A DNA stretch of 63,183 bases from an uncultured Sulfitobacter sp. (GTDB lineage Bacteria; Pseudomonadota; Alphaproteobacteria; Rhodobacterales; Rhodobacteraceae): positions 1-63,183 of the forward strand of contig CBDTVL010000001.1 of NCBI GenBank assembly GCA_965363755.1, in the 5' to 3' direction. The translations under genes were made by a program, and so were the position numbers. Under the pieces are notes generated by a model, which saw only the letters and a program-made list of their open reading frames with translations, was not told the origin of the DNA and made no database searches. Positions within the stretch are counted from its first letter, which is position 1. The number at the start of each line of letters is the position of its first letter. Shown here piece after piece: positions 39,136-49,813 of the stretch.

Positions 39136-41313
39136 ATGGGAAGTGGTGTGCCAAGCTCTGCCGCAGCCTGTCCGGGATGCATTGCCAGCCCGGCATCTGT
39201 GATTGAGGCCGCAGCGCAAGATGCGCGGCTCGCCTTGGCCCTGCCGACAATTCACTGTCAGGGCTGCATTTCCAAAGTCGAACGTGGGTTGATTGCAATC
39301 CCCGGTGTGCACAATGCGCGCGTGAACCTCAGCCTGAAACGGGTAATGGTTGATGCGGCTCCCGAAATCACTGCTCCGGCGCTTGTTGATGCTCTGCACG
39401 GGATCGGGTTCGAGGCGCATGAGCTGGACGCCAGCGCTTTGCAAGCCACGCAGACAGATAAGGCTGGCCGCGATCTGCTGATGCGACTGGCCGTTGCCGG
39501 GTTTGCGTCAATGAATGTAATGTTGCTTTCGGTAGCGGTCTGGTCGGGGGCAGAGGATGCCACCCGTGATCTATTCCACTGGATTTCTGCTGCCATCGCT
39601 CTGCCAGCCATCGCCTTTGCCGGTCAGCCGTTTTTTCGAAATGCATGGGCGGCTCTGTCGGTACGCAAGCTCAACATGGACGTGCCGATCAGCCTGGCAA
39701 TCCTTCTGGCGCTGGCGACATCACTTTGGGAAACCTCGCTCTCTGGCCATCACGCCTATTTCGACGCGGCCTTGACGCTGACCTTTTTTCTGCTTGGCGG
39801 GCGCTACCTTGATCATCGCACCCGGGCAGTGGCTCGCTCTGCCGCAGAAGAGCTCGCAGCACTGGAAGTGCCGCGCGCATGGCGGCTCAACAATGGCGCT
39901 CCCCAAGAGGTACAGGTCTCGACCCTCGCTGTCGGTGATCTGATCCTCGTGCGCCCCGGCGGTCGAATGCCGGTAGACGGGGAAGTGACCCAAGGCCAGT
40001 CTGAACTAGACCGATCTTTACTGTCGGGTGAGACGCTGCCGGTCTTTGCTGGCCCCGGACAGCGCGTTAGTGCGGGCGAGGTCAACCTGACCGGACCGCT
40101 GACGGTCTGTGCCACTGCCGTGGGGCAGGACACATCTCTGCACCGCATGGCTGATCTGGTTGCCATCGCCGAGAGCGGACGGTCCCGTTACACCTCGCTG
40201 GCCGACGCTGCCGCAAGGCTTTATGCCCCCGGCGTCCATATCCTGGCGGCACTCTCGTTTCTGGGCTGGTTGCTGTGGTCTGGCGATGTGCGAATTTCGG
40301 TAAATGTCGCGGCCGCGGTTCTGATCATCACTTGCCCCTGTGCGCTGGGCCTTGCAGTTCCTGCAGTGACCACGGCGGCCTCGGGTCGGTTGTTCCGAAA
40401 GGGCCTGCTGATCAAAGATGCAACGGCGCTGGAGCGGCTGGCGCAGGTCGATACGGTGGTCTTTGACAAGACCGGTACGTTGACGTCGGGAACACCCACG
40501 CTCACCAATCTGGACGCGCATTCCGAGGAAGACCTGAGTGTTGCTCTGGCGCTTTCCAGCATCTCGTCCCATCCATTATCTGCGGCGCTGGCAACTGCAG
40601 CGCAAGCGGCGGGTATAACCCCGGCGGATCTAACAGCCATCACCGAAGTACCCGGTTATGGTACGCAAGCGCAGTGGAATGGAAAAGACGTCCGGCTTGG
40701 ACGTGCGGCTTGGGTCGGGGCCGACGCGCCGCGTGAGACGTCAACGTTTCTCAGCGTCAAAGGGCAGTTGCCAACCGTTTTCACATTCACGGACAGTCTG
40801 CGCGCCGGGGCTGAGGAGACAGTGAGGACACTGCGTGAGGCGGGCAATGAGCTATGGTTGATCTCGGGCGATACTACAGGGGCAGTACAGGATCTTGCGG
40901 ATCGGCTGGGCATCACAAATTGGGCTGCCGAAGCACTGCCCGAGGACAAGGTTGCGCGTGTCACAGCCCTGACTGAGACCGGACACAAGGTGCTGATGGT
41001 CGGCGACGGCCTGAATGATACCGCCGCACTGGCCGTCGCGCATGTCTCTATCTCACCAGCCTCAGCCCTTGATGCTGCCCGTGTTGCCTCGGATGTTGTG
41101 CTGCTGGGTTCGGACCTTTCGCCCATCCCAGAGGCATTGGACGTGGCAAAAAAGGCGACTGCACGCATCCGAGAGAACTTTCGGATTGCAACGCTCTATA
41201 ATCTGATCGCTGTACCGATCGCGGTCATCGGACTGGCAACTCCGCTTGTCGCGGCACTGGCAATGTCAGCCTCATCGATTACAGTCTCGCTTAACGCTTT
41301 GCGCCTGAGGTGA
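39136..41313 (+). CDS. ccoI: Cu-translocating P1B-type ATPase CcoI/FixI
   Basis: CPGC and CQGC metal sites, CPCALGL, DKTGT, GDGLND. Confidence 0.95.
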   Translation: MGSGVPSSAAACPGCIASPASVIEAAAQDARLALALPTIHCQGCISKVERGLIAIPGVHNARVNLSLKRVMVDAAPEITAPALVDALHGIGFEAHELDASALQATQTDKAGRDLLMRLAVAGFASMNVMLLSVAVWSGAEDATRDLFHWISAAIALPAIAFAGQPFFRNAWAALSVRKLNMDVPISLAILLALATSLWETSLSGHHAYFDAALTLTFFLLGGRYLDHRTRAVARSAAEELAALEVPRAWRLNNGAPQEVQVSTLAVGDLILVRPGGRMPVDGEVTQGQSELDRSLLSGETLPVFAGPGQRVSAGEVNLTGPLTVCATAVGQDTSLHRMADLVAIAESGRSRYTSLADAAARLYAPGVHILAALSFLGWLLWSGDVRISVNVAAAVLIITCPCALGLAVPAVTTAASGRLFRKGLLIKDATALERLAQVDTVVFDKTGTLTSGTPTLTNLDAHSEEDLSVALALSSISSHPLSAALATAAQAAGITPADLTAITEVPGYGTQAQWNGKDVRLGRAAWVGADAPRETSTFLSVKGQLPTVFTFTDSLRAGAEETVRTLREAGNELWLISGDTTGAVQDLADRLGITNWAAEALPEDKVARVTALTETGHKVLMVGDGLNDTAALAVAHVSISPASALDAARVASDVVLLGSDLSPIPEALDVAKKATARIRENFRIATLYNLIAVPIAVIGLATPLVAALAMSASSITVSLNALRLR

Positions 41314-41319
41314 CCTGAT

Positions 41320-41478
41320 ATGGAAGTTCTGAGTTTTCTGATCCCGATTTCCCTGACGCTGGGTGCAATCGGTTTGCTTGCCTTTATCTATACCGTCAAA
41401 TCCAATCAATATGACGACCCCGAGGGCGACAGCCGCCGCATCCTCAGTGATGAATGGGATGATCATCCAAAGTCATAG
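41320..41478 (+). CDS. ccoS: cbb3 oxidase maturation protein CcoS (52 aa, absent from ORF track)
   Basis: Manual translation MEVLSFLIPISLTLGAIGLLAFIYTVKSNQYDDPEGDSRRILSD... Confidence 0.93.
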   Translation: MEVLSFLIPISLTLGAIGLLAFIYTVKSNQYDDPEGDSRRILSDEWDDHPKS

Positions 41479-41548
41479 GTAGATGTCGACACTCTTCCCA
41501 GAATTTGTCGCCAGATAGGCGCGGCTAGAAACACGTGGTTGGGGTCTA

Positions 41549-43018
41549 TCAGGACGGCCCGATCATGAAACAAGTGACATTACGTGCCTGAAGACGGCGA
41601 CAGGCCAGATCGGCGGTTTCTCGGGTCAGGCCAAGAAAGTTTGCGTCGAACCCTTGCGGGCGCTTGATCACTTTGCGCAGCGAGCCATCCAGTGTCGACA
41701 TTTCAGCCAGCGCCGTTTTCAACAAGACTCGCTCTGCCTGATAGCGGCTGGAGTAACGCCCAACATTAACTCCCCAATGGCGGCCACCTGATGTGGACAC
41801 GCGAGTGACCACCTCGGGTTCAGACGGTTGCTTTTCGAGGCTGGCAAGAACCAGATCCTTAGGTCGTGCTGCCGGACGCGGTGTAGGGGTATCGTTCGCA
41901 TTCGCAATCGCAGCCTGAACGGCCTGCGGTTGGACGGCTGGTGTCAATCCGGCGGCGGGCGTTTCCTGTTGTACCAAGGCCAGAGCTTCGCCGATCTCGG
42001 CGCGCATGACGTTTTCGTCTGTCTTTGCATCGGCCACCACCACTGAAGCTACGCCAGGCTGTGGGCCGGGACGGGCCAACGGCCTAGGGCTTTTGCGCAC
42101 AGCGGTCACCAGACGAATGGTCTTGCCAAATGTGCTTGGGGCCGGTTTTACGGCCGCATAGTTCGGTGCGGCTGGTTTTTTGATTTTGGCGCGGGATGGG
42201 GCGCGGCGAAATCCCATATCCAGAAGTTCGGCCACTCTTGCATTGCGTGATGCGCTGGACTGGCCGCCAAACACGGTCGCAATAATACGTTCATTTCCGC
42301 GCTCTGCTGACGCCACCAGATTGAAGCCAGCTGCACGGGTGTATCCGGTCTTAATGCCGTCAGCACCTTTATAGGCAGCCAAAAGGCGTCGGTTGGTGTT
42401 GGCGACCTCGCGGACCCCAGCGTTGGTCGTCCTGCGTGAGAAGAGGTTGTAATACTCTGGGTAATCAAAAAACAAATGCCGCCCCAGCAGCGTCATATCG
42501 CGCGCTGTTGACAGATGTCCTTTTTCCGTCAGACCATGCGCGTTCTTGAACGTGGTTCGCGTCATTCCAAGGGCTTGGGCCGTGCGGGTCATGCGGCGCG
42601 CAAATTTGGCCTCGGAGCCCGAGATTGCCTCGCCAATGGCGGTTGCGGCGTCATTGGCGGATTTCACCGATGCAGCACGGATCAGATAGCGAAACGAGAT
42701 CTTTTGCCCGGATTTGAGCCCAAGCTTTGACGGAGGCTCAGATGCGGCATGTGGCGAAATGCGCACTTTGGTTTCCAATGAAATTTCGCCATTCTTGATG
42801 GCTTCGAATGCAACGTAGAGCGTCATCATCTTGGTCAAAGACGCCGGATGTAAGCGGGTGTCTGCGTTGCGGGAATGCAGCACTTCGCCGGATCTTGCGT
42901 CAATCACCATTGCAGCATAAGGCGCCGCTGCCACGCTGAGCGGCACGATGACAAACATCCACAATGCTGCGAATACGAATAGCCCTAATCGGGCCGGCTG
43001 GATACGCCGTACCTTCAC
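41549..43018 (-). CDS. D-alanyl-D-alanine carboxypeptidase (S11) with C-terminal SPOR-like domain
   Basis: PASLTK (SxxK), SAN, KTGY; Pro/Ala linker; start uncertain (GTG 43018; frame open to 43093). Confidence 0.9.
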   Translation of the reverse strand: MKVRRIQPARLGLFVFAALWMFVIVPLSVAAAPYAAMVIDARSGEVLHSRNADTRLHPASLTKMMTLYVAFEAIKNGEISLETKVRISPHAASEPPSKLGLKSGQKISFRYLIRAASVKSANDAATAIGEAISGSEAKFARRMTRTAQALGMTRTTFKNAHGLTEKGHLSTARDMTLLGRHLFFDYPEYYNLFSRRTTNAGVREVANTNRRLLAAYKGADGIKTGYTRAAGFNLVASAERGNERIIATVFGGQSSASRNARVAELLDMGFRRAPSRAKIKKPAAPNYAAVKPAPSTFGKTIRLVTAVRKSPRPLARPGPQPGVASVVVADAKTDENVMRAEIGEALALVQQETPAAGLTPAVQPQAVQAAIANANDTPTPRPAARPKDLVLASLEKQPSEPEVVTRVSTSGGRHWGVNVGRYSSRYQAERVLLKTALAEMSTLDGSLRKVIKRPQGFDANFLGLTRETADLACRRLQARNVTCFMIGPS

Positions 43019-43537
43019 GATAAAACTGCCTTCTACTGCCTCACGCCGCCGGTTATCCGGTCTAGCTTTGTTATTATTCAGAAAGGCTAGCACAAAGGTT
43101 TCTAAGAATAAACCCTGTGATTCAAGGAATTAGCTGCTCTTTCTAATGCAGGACTTCCATATATAGCTGTTGCCGGAGCCTTCTCCGCTAAACCTTGGAT
43201 ATTGGCGGGTATTTAGCATCAGGAGTGCCATTGGATAAGCTGTGTCTTCATCGCAACAAACGTTGTGGCCAGTGCGACAAATGGCAATGCCAGAATGCCG
43301 CTCTGACTGGGGTCTAAAGCACACATTATGATACCTGACAGGCATGGGGGCGCCCTGCGATCCATCCCGCCGCGTCGGTCTCTAATTGCACAGAGTCGAA
43401 AGTTTCCTTCGGGAATCCGGGGTGTCATGTGAATATGTTCAACAAAAAATGATCATATGTCACATTTTCCCCAAAGAATTGACACTGACATGAGATACCC
43501 GCTACCGGGTGTATCCAAATAGACTTATTGGGAGTGT

Positions 43538-44575
43538 GTGATCGTGCCCCGCCGGACGTTCTTTGCCTTTGACAATGATGCGATGTTAATCGACGGCGAC
43601 CCAGCGACTCCGATCATCAACAATTCTGCAATGCCCGATGGCACAGTCTTCTCTTTTGTCGGCGGCGGCGGTGGCGAAGTTACTGTGCGGGACAGACAGG
43701 GTGGAGGCAGCGACGCCAACATTTTTGAAGACGACTTGCCTTCGCGTCATATAATTAGAGACGGCAATGGCCTCGTTGCAAATGGCACTCAGGTTGAAGC
43801 TGAATCTCTCGTCGAGATACGGGCGCTGGATGCTCTCGGTGACCCAACAGGCCCGGTGATCACGCTCACGGTGTTTTCGCAAGGCGGCGTGACTGGTGAC
43901 GTCTGGGGTTTCTCTTCTGATACAGCACTGGTCTCAGGCACCCAGTATGTAAAAACTGGCGGCAGCAACACCGGTGACACCGCGTACTCCGACTTTGTGG
44001 CTTGTTTCGGTCGGGGGACGTTGATCCGCACGCTTAGCGCATATGTGCCCATAGAGACCGTGGCCAAAGGTGATCTGATCTGGACCTTTGCTGGGGGTGC
44101 GAAACCGGTTCGATGGATCGGACGTACCGTAGTTGCCGCCGATGGAGCGCTTGCGCCGATTCTGTTCAAAACGGGCGCTATCGGCAATAATCGCGACCTT
44201 TTGGTGTCGCCCAATCACCGCATGCTGGTCGAGGGGTGGCAGGTCGAGTTGCTGTTTGGCGAACAGTCGGTTCTGGTTCCTGCCAAACATCTGGTCGGAT
44301 TGCCCGGTGTCAGAGTCAGCCAGTCGGCGGTTTGTGAATATTTTCACATCATGTTCGACCGTCATGAGATTATCGAGGCCAATGGGGTGCTGTCCGAGAG
44401 CTTTTATCCAGGGCCTGTGGCCCTGACCGGTGTCTGTCAGGACGCCCGCCAGGAATTGTTGGAAATATTTCCAGAACTATCAGGCGCTTCGATCGATTAT
44501 GGTAATTTGGCTGTTCCCAGCCTTTCTCGGCGCGAATCTTTGGTATTAACAGAGGTACTTGGTGTCATTGCGTGA
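43538..44575 (+). CDS. Hint (Hedgehog/intein, BIL-type) domain protein
   Basis: ACFGRGTLIRT, L.VSPNHR, VLVPAKHLV, YFHIMFDRHEII.ANG..SESFYPG. Confidence 0.9.
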   Translation: MIVPRRTFFAFDNDAMLIDGDPATPIINNSAMPDGTVFSFVGGGGGEVTVRDRQGGGSDANIFEDDLPSRHIIRDGNGLVANGTQVEAESLVEIRALDALGDPTGPVITLTVFSQGGVTGDVWGFSSDTALVSGTQYVKTGGSNTGDTAYSDFVACFGRGTLIRTLSAYVPIETVAKGDLIWTFAGGAKPVRWIGRTVVAADGALAPILFKTGAIGNNRDLLVSPNHRMLVEGWQVELLFGEQSVLVPAKHLVGLPGVRVSQSAVCEYFHIMFDRHEIIEANGVLSESFYPGPVALTGVCQDARQELLEIFPELSGASIDYGNLAVPSLSRRESLVLTEVLGVIA

Positions 44576-44749
44576 TCAGATCACGCAATTGCCTGCATCT
44601 CTGATTGATTGCTGGGGTCGTTTATTCCTGCGTTGTTCTGGGTCTGTGTCACTTCGCTGGACCGCATGTTGCTTCCCCGTTTGGTTGGCGCCTTGATCGC
44701 ATCGGTGGCGGTGAGATGTGCTCCATGTGCCGCCGCGGTCATTTCAGCT

Positions 44750-45469
44750 TCATCCGAAATCGGCCACCAGATCAGCCAACCCGCCCAAATCATCAATCCT
44801 TAGAAATCGTTCCACCCCAACTGGCGGGTCGGCCTTTTCCACTTCCCATTCCAGACCATGCGGCACAAACACGCCCCAGCCACCGGTTTCGATTACAGGC
44901 AAAACGTCGGATCGCATGGAATTACCAATCATCATTGAGCGCTCGACCCCATCGCCGTGCCGCCCGAAAATGTCGCGATATACATCTGGCGTTTTGTGAG
45001 ACACGATTTCAACAGCATTGAACAAATCTCCCAGTCCAGATTGTGCCAGCTTGCGTTCCTGATCGATCAGATCGCCCTTGGTGATTAAGATCACGCGATG
45101 CGTTCGGGCCGCCATCTCAACCGCCTCGCGAGCATATGGCAGTAACTCGATGGGATAGCGGAGCATCTCTCGGCCCGCCTCCATGAGTTCGGATACTACC
45201 GAGGCAGGCACACGTTCTTCGGTCACCTCTATGGCGGTCTCGATCATCGACAGCACAAAGCCTTTGATACCAAACCCGTACTGACCCAGATTGCGCTTCT
45301 CTGCTGCCAATAGCCGTTCCGCCAGATGGTCAGAATCCGCATGGTCAGACAGTAACTCTGCGAACCGGTCTTGGGTCAGTTTGAAAAACCGCTCATTGTG
45401 CCAAAGCGTATCATCTGCATCAAACCCGATGGTAGTCAGGGCCCGGTCTTTGGCTCGTTGATGTTCCAT
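44750..45469 (-). CDS. HAD family hydrolase
   Basis: FDADDTLW, ITKGD, MIGNSMRSD. Confidence 0.9.
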   Translation of the reverse strand: MEHQRAKDRALTTIGFDADDTLWHNERFFKLTQDRFAELLSDHADSDHLAERLLAAEKRNLGQYGFGIKGFVLSMIETAIEVTEERVPASVVSELMEAGREMLRYPIELLPYAREAVEMAARTHRVILITKGDLIDQERKLAQSGLGDLFNAVEIVSHKTPDVYRDIFGRHGDGVERSMMIGNSMRSDVLPVIETGGWGVFVPHGLEWEVEKADPPVGVERFLRIDDLGGLADLVADFG

Positions 45470-45548
45470 AAACGTTGCTGCCTCTTTTCTAAATCGCAAG
45501 ACTCGCTATATAGTCCATCATTCACGCTAGGGAATCGAGTGACGCCTA

Positions 45549-45890
45549 ATGCTGCCGCAGATTTTAATGTCTGACACACCAAATGATAATGACAGGGATA
45601 CTTCTGTCATTTTGGAAACACGCCCAAAAACCAAGCGCCCGCCGCTTTATAAGGTGATGTTGTTGAATGACGACTACACGCCGATGGAATTTGTGGTGCA
45701 CGTCCTCGAGCGGTTTTTTGGGCTGAACCATGCGCAGGCATTCGAAATCATGCTGACTGTGCACAAAAAAGGTCTGGCTGTGGTCGGTGTATTCAGTCAC
45801 GAGATTGCAGAAACAAAGGTCACTCAGGTGATGGACTTTGCACGTCGGCATCAGCATCCGCTGCAATGCACGATGGAAAAAGAAGAATAA
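45549..45890 (+). CDS. clpS: ATP-dependent Clp protease adaptor ClpS
   Basis: [31 protein letters not shown]. Confidence 0.97.
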   Translation: MLPQILMSDTPNDNDRDTSVILETRPKTKRPPLYKVMLLNDDYTPMEFVVHVLERFFGLNHAQAFEIMLTVHKKGLAVVGVFSHEIAETKVTQVMDFARRHQHPLQCTMEKEE

Positions 45891-45897
45891 ACCCGAC

Positions 45898-46893
45898 ATG
45901 TCGCCTCGCCTGTCCTTTGCCCTAAACGGGGGCGGCCTTGGGTTGCCTGGTGGTGGTACAATTGCGGTATTTCATCCACGCGGCGACGCCGACCTGTCTG
46001 CCTTGCCAACGGATCGTGTTGTCGTGATCCAACCGGTTCGGCCAGATCACGATGCGTTAGCTGCCCTTGGATACCAATGTGTCCCCGAGGTTGGAGGCGC
46101 AGCGGGCCGGTTCGCCGCTGCGCTGATATATCTGCCCAGAGCGAAAGCTCAAGCGCGTGGGCTGATCGCGGCGGCCTCAGATCTGACAGACGGGCCTTTG
46201 TTGATCGACGGTCAGAAAACCGACGGGATCGACAGCCTGCTACGTGAAGTGCGCAATCGCGCGCCGGTGTCAGGTGCAATCTCCAAGGCGCACGGGAGAC
46301 TTTTCTGGCTGGAGGCGGATGCAGCCGATTGGTCAGACTGGGCCGTAGCACCGGCACTAGTTGCTGGTGCGTACACGACAGTTCCCGGTGTCTTTTCGGC
46401 GGATGGCGTTGATCCGGCCTCGGCTATGCTGGCGGATCATCTGCCTGTCAAGCTCGGCAAATCCGTTGCTGACCTCGGCGCGGGGTGGGGGTATCTCTCT
46501 GCCAAGATGCTCGACCGTGAAAGTGTCAGGCATGTGCATCTGGTTGAGGCCGACAACACGGCCTTGCACTGCGCGCGCACAAACATCATTGATTCGCGTG
46601 CCCGCTTCCATTGGGCCGACGCTACGACCTGGCAGTCGCCAGACCGGCTGGACACTGTTGTTATGAACCCGCCTTTTCACACCGAACGCCGCGCTAACCC
46701 GGCGTTGGGCCGCGCGTTTGTTGTTGCGGCGGCCCGCTTACTTGCCCCTTCCGGTCAGCTTTGGATGGTTGCCAACCGGCATCTGGCCTACGAGGCTGCG
46801 CTGGCCGAGGCCTTTGGTGAAGTACAGGAAATAGCGGGCGACAATCGATTCAAAATATTACGTGCCGCGCGGCCCACTCGCCCACGGCGATAA
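45898..46893 (+). CDS. Class I SAM methyltransferase, RsmC/MTS-like
   Basis: GQKTDGI, PGVFS.DG.D, DLGAGWG, NPPFH, VANRHL. Confidence 0.88.
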   Translation: MSPRLSFALNGGGLGLPGGGTIAVFHPRGDADLSALPTDRVVVIQPVRPDHDALAALGYQCVPEVGGAAGRFAAALIYLPRAKAQARGLIAAASDLTDGPLLIDGQKTDGIDSLLREVRNRAPVSGAISKAHGRLFWLEADAADWSDWAVAPALVAGAYTTVPGVFSADGVDPASAMLADHLPVKLGKSVADLGAGWGYLSAKMLDRESVRHVHLVEADNTALHCARTNIIDSRARFHWADATTWQSPDRLDTVVMNPPFHTERRANPALGRAFVVAAARLLAPSGQLWMVANRHLAYEAALAEAFGEVQEIAGDNRFKILRAARPTRPRR

Positions 46894-46930
46894 ACTCAGC
46901 TACAGTTTCACCCCAAAAGGAGGCTTACTC

Positions 46931-47731
46931 ATGTCCTTTTCCATCGCCGGTAAGACCGCAATCGTGACCGGAGCGGCAAACGGAATTGGCCTCGCCATTG
47001 GGCGGCATTTTGCTGACAAAGGTGCAAACGTCATGTTTGCCGACATGGATGAGAAAAAGCTGGTCGAAGAACTGGGCGAGCAGGCCGAAGACGGCAACAT
47101 TCGTTACTTCACCGGAGATTTGCGGGAAAAACTTACAATCACAAATCTGCTTTCAGCCACCATAGACGCGTTTGACGAGGTTGATATCTTGGTCAACGGA
47201 TCGCGGCAGGTGATGAGTACGGACGCGCTGAACCCAGATGATACCTCAGTCGAGACGCTTTTGGCGCAGAACTTGATGATCTCGTTGCGTCTGTCGCAAG
47301 CTGTTGCCAAGAGGATGATCAAGCAATCCGCAGACGACTCCGAAGGGCAGGCCGGATCAATCATCAACCTCTCGTCTATTGCAGCCCGACGAACCAACCC
47401 GGAGATGTTGGCCTATTCGGTCTCAACCGCAGCACTTGATCAGATGACCCGCAGCCTGGGAGTCATTCTCGCGCCGCATCAGATCAGGGTCAACGCTGTG
47501 GCCTTTGGTTCGGTGATGAGTGCTTCATTGCAACGCGCATTGAAAGACAATGCAGATTACCGCAAGGATATCGAGAACCACACGCCTTTGCAGCGGATTG
47601 CCGCACCCAGCGAACTGGTCGATGTCGCTCAGTTTTTGGCCTCGGAAGCTTCTGCGTTCATGACCGGGCAGATTGTTACAGTGGACGGTGGACGCACCTT
47701 GCTTGATCCCGTTAACGCTCCAGCCCACTAA
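46931..47731 (+). CDS. Short-chain dehydrogenase/reductase
   Basis: TGAANGIG, NLSS, IRVNAV, TGQ..VDGG; YSVST instead of canonical YxxxK. Confidence 0.88.
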   Translation: MSFSIAGKTAIVTGAANGIGLAIGRHFADKGANVMFADMDEKKLVEELGEQAEDGNIRYFTGDLREKLTITNLLSATIDAFDEVDILVNGSRQVMSTDALNPDDTSVETLLAQNLMISLRLSQAVAKRMIKQSADDSEGQAGSIINLSSIAARRTNPEMLAYSVSTAALDQMTRSLGVILAPHQIRVNAVAFGSVMSASLQRALKDNADYRKDIENHTPLQRIAAPSELVDVAQFLASEASAFMTGQIVTVDGGRTLLDPVNAPAH

Positions 47732-47803
47732 CAGACCCGCTGGCTGAAGAGCGTACAAAAAGCTTGCGATCACCCAGATCGGATCCAAAACAAAGGCGAC
47801 CTT

Positions 47804-48697
47804 ATGACGGAGCAGTTTGAAGACAAAAAATCCCGTGCCTCCGCATGGTTCCGGACATTGCGTGACCAGATTGTTGCAGCGTTTGAAGGTCTGGAACAAT
47901 CTCATTCCTCCGGCCCACTGTCAGATGCTGCTCCCGGTCAGTTCGACATCCGCGAAACCAAACGCGCGTCTGATGACGGTTCAGATGCAGGCGGTGGGTT
48001 GATGAGTGTTATGCGCGGTGGCCGAGTATTTGAAAAAGTAGGGGTCAATATCTCGACAGTTTATGGCACGCTGGCGCCGCGTGCTCAGGCTGCGATGGCT
48101 GCGCGCAAGGGCATCGCGGGCATGGCCGATGATCCGCGTTTCTGGGCATCAGGCATCTCGCTTGTGGCGCATATGCAAAACCCACACTGTCCGGCGGTGC
48201 ACATGAACACTCGCATGTTTTGGACGCCACACGCATGGTGGTTCGGGGGCGGCTCTGACTTGAACCCTTGCATCGAATATGCTGCGGACACGGCCCATTT
48301 CCACGCCACCCAGAAAAGCCATCTGGACCCGCACGGCAGTGATAATTATCCCCGCCTGAGAGATTGGGCAGACGAATACTTTTTCATTCCCCACCGGGGT
48401 CGCGCCCGCGGCGTTGGTGGCATTTTCATGGACGACCATTGCACCGGGGACTGGGAGGTTGACTTTGCCCTGACACAGGACATTGGCCGGGCTTTTCTGC
48501 CGGCTTTTGTCCCGCTGATCAAAAAACGTCGAGGACAGGACTGGACCGACGCCGACAAGGATGTGCAACTGATCCATCGCGGTCTTTATGCGGAATACAA
48601 CCTTGTTTACGACCGTGGCACCAAATTTGGTTTGGAAACCGGCCACGATGCCGACGCGGTTCTGATGAGCCTGCCGCCATTGGCCAAATGGGTCTAA
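47804..48697 (+). CDS. hemF: Oxygen-dependent coproporphyrinogen III oxidase
   Basis: FEKVGVN, HMNTR, WWFGGG.DL, NLVYDRGTKFGL, LMSLPP. Confidence 0.96.
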   Translation: MTEQFEDKKSRASAWFRTLRDQIVAAFEGLEQSHSSGPLSDAAPGQFDIRETKRASDDGSDAGGGLMSVMRGGRVFEKVGVNISTVYGTLAPRAQAAMAARKGIAGMADDPRFWASGISLVAHMQNPHCPAVHMNTRMFWTPHAWWFGGGSDLNPCIEYAADTAHFHATQKSHLDPHGSDNYPRLRDWADEYFFIPHRGRARGVGGIFMDDHCTGDWEVDFALTQDIGRAFLPAFVPLIKKRRGQDWTDADKDVQLIHRGLYAEYNLVYDRGTKFGLETGHDADAVLMSLPPLAKWV

Positions 48698-48760
48698 CCG
48701 GCTCGATGATTAGGAAATTGAACGAATCAACTTTTGCGGCTGGGCACCCGGGAAAATCCC

Positions 48761-49708
48761 TCAACTGTGCCAGTCGAAAAAACCGGGTCCTGCCTGCTTC
48801 AGCAATTTTTCCGCCATCGTGCTGCCGAGTTCTCTTGCGTCTTCGATGGGTGCCGACGCAGCGTCATTGATGCTTTCAGAACCGTCCGGGCGCAATACCT
48901 CACCGCGCAGGTGTATCGTACCACCGATCAGTTCAGCCAGCCCCGCAATCGGGGTTTCACATGAGCCGTCTAGCCCGGCAAGAAAAGCGCGCTCGGCCGC
49001 CAACCTTTGACCTGTTGGCGCGTCATGGATCGCATCGAGCAACTGCGCAATCCAGCCGTCATCCGCGCGCCGTTCGATCCCGATGGCACCTTGGGCAACT
49101 GCGGGCAGCATCACATCCGGCGAGATGGGCATCGCGGGGACATCGTCGATCTCCAAGCGGTTCAGGCCGGCCATGGCGAGGAATGTGCAGTCAGCCACTC
49201 GGTCATGTAATTTCTTCAACCTTGTCTGAACGTTACCGCGAAATTCGACGACATTCAGATCTGGCCGTGCAAGCAGTAACTGCGCCTTGCGCCGCAGGCT
49301 TGATGTGCCCACCACTGCACCCGGTTCTAGCTCGGCCAACATCGAGACAGAAGGCGATACAAAGGCGTCGCGTGGGTCTTCTCGAGGAAGATAGGTGTCC
49401 AGCAACAGCCCCTGAGGTTGCAGCACCGGCATATCTTTCATCGAATGCACCGCGATGTCGATCTTACCAGCCAACAGGTCCTCTTCAATCTCCCGCGTGA
49501 AGAGGCCTTTACCGCCGATTTCTTTTAAGGGTCGGTCCTGAACAACGTCCCCAGTGACTTTGATGACAATAATCGCAAACGCGTTTTCGGGCAGATCAAA
49601 TGCCGCCATTAAGCGTCGCCGGGTTTCATGGGCCTGCGCCAATGCCAACGGCGATCCACGGGTACCAATAGTCAGGGGGGATTCGGGGGAAGGAAGAGCG
49701 AGTATCAT
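48761..49708 (-). CDS. hemC: Hydroxymethylbilane synthase
   Basis: IGTRGSPLALAQ, KGLFTRE, AVHSMKD, GTSSLRR, RGNVQTR, GSC. Confidence 0.97.
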   Translation of the reverse strand: MILALPSPESPLTIGTRGSPLALAQAHETRRRLMAAFDLPENAFAIIVIKVTGDVVQDRPLKEIGGKGLFTREIEEDLLAGKIDIAVHSMKDMPVLQPQGLLLDTYLPREDPRDAFVSPSVSMLAELEPGAVVGTSSLRRKAQLLLARPDLNVVEFRGNVQTRLKKLHDRVADCTFLAMAGLNRLEIDDVPAMPISPDVMLPAVAQGAIGIERRADDGWIAQLLDAIHDAPTGQRLAAERAFLAGLDGSCETPIAGLAELIGGTIHLRGEVLRPDGSESINDAASAPIEDARELGSTMAEKLLKQAGPGFFDWHS

Positions 49709-49813
49709 TGACCTTCTTTATGCGGGTCAATTTGCCCTGACAACCGGGGCATCTTGACAAAGCGACGCCCGGAGGAGACGACCTGCTGCAATTAATATGA
49801 TCAGGGGACGGAA

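Noticed and set aside
43094..43537. Short ORFs (43130-43345, 43219-43428) and CRP-like half-sites upstream of the Hint gene
   Set aside because: No coherent protein signal; motif matches too degenerate
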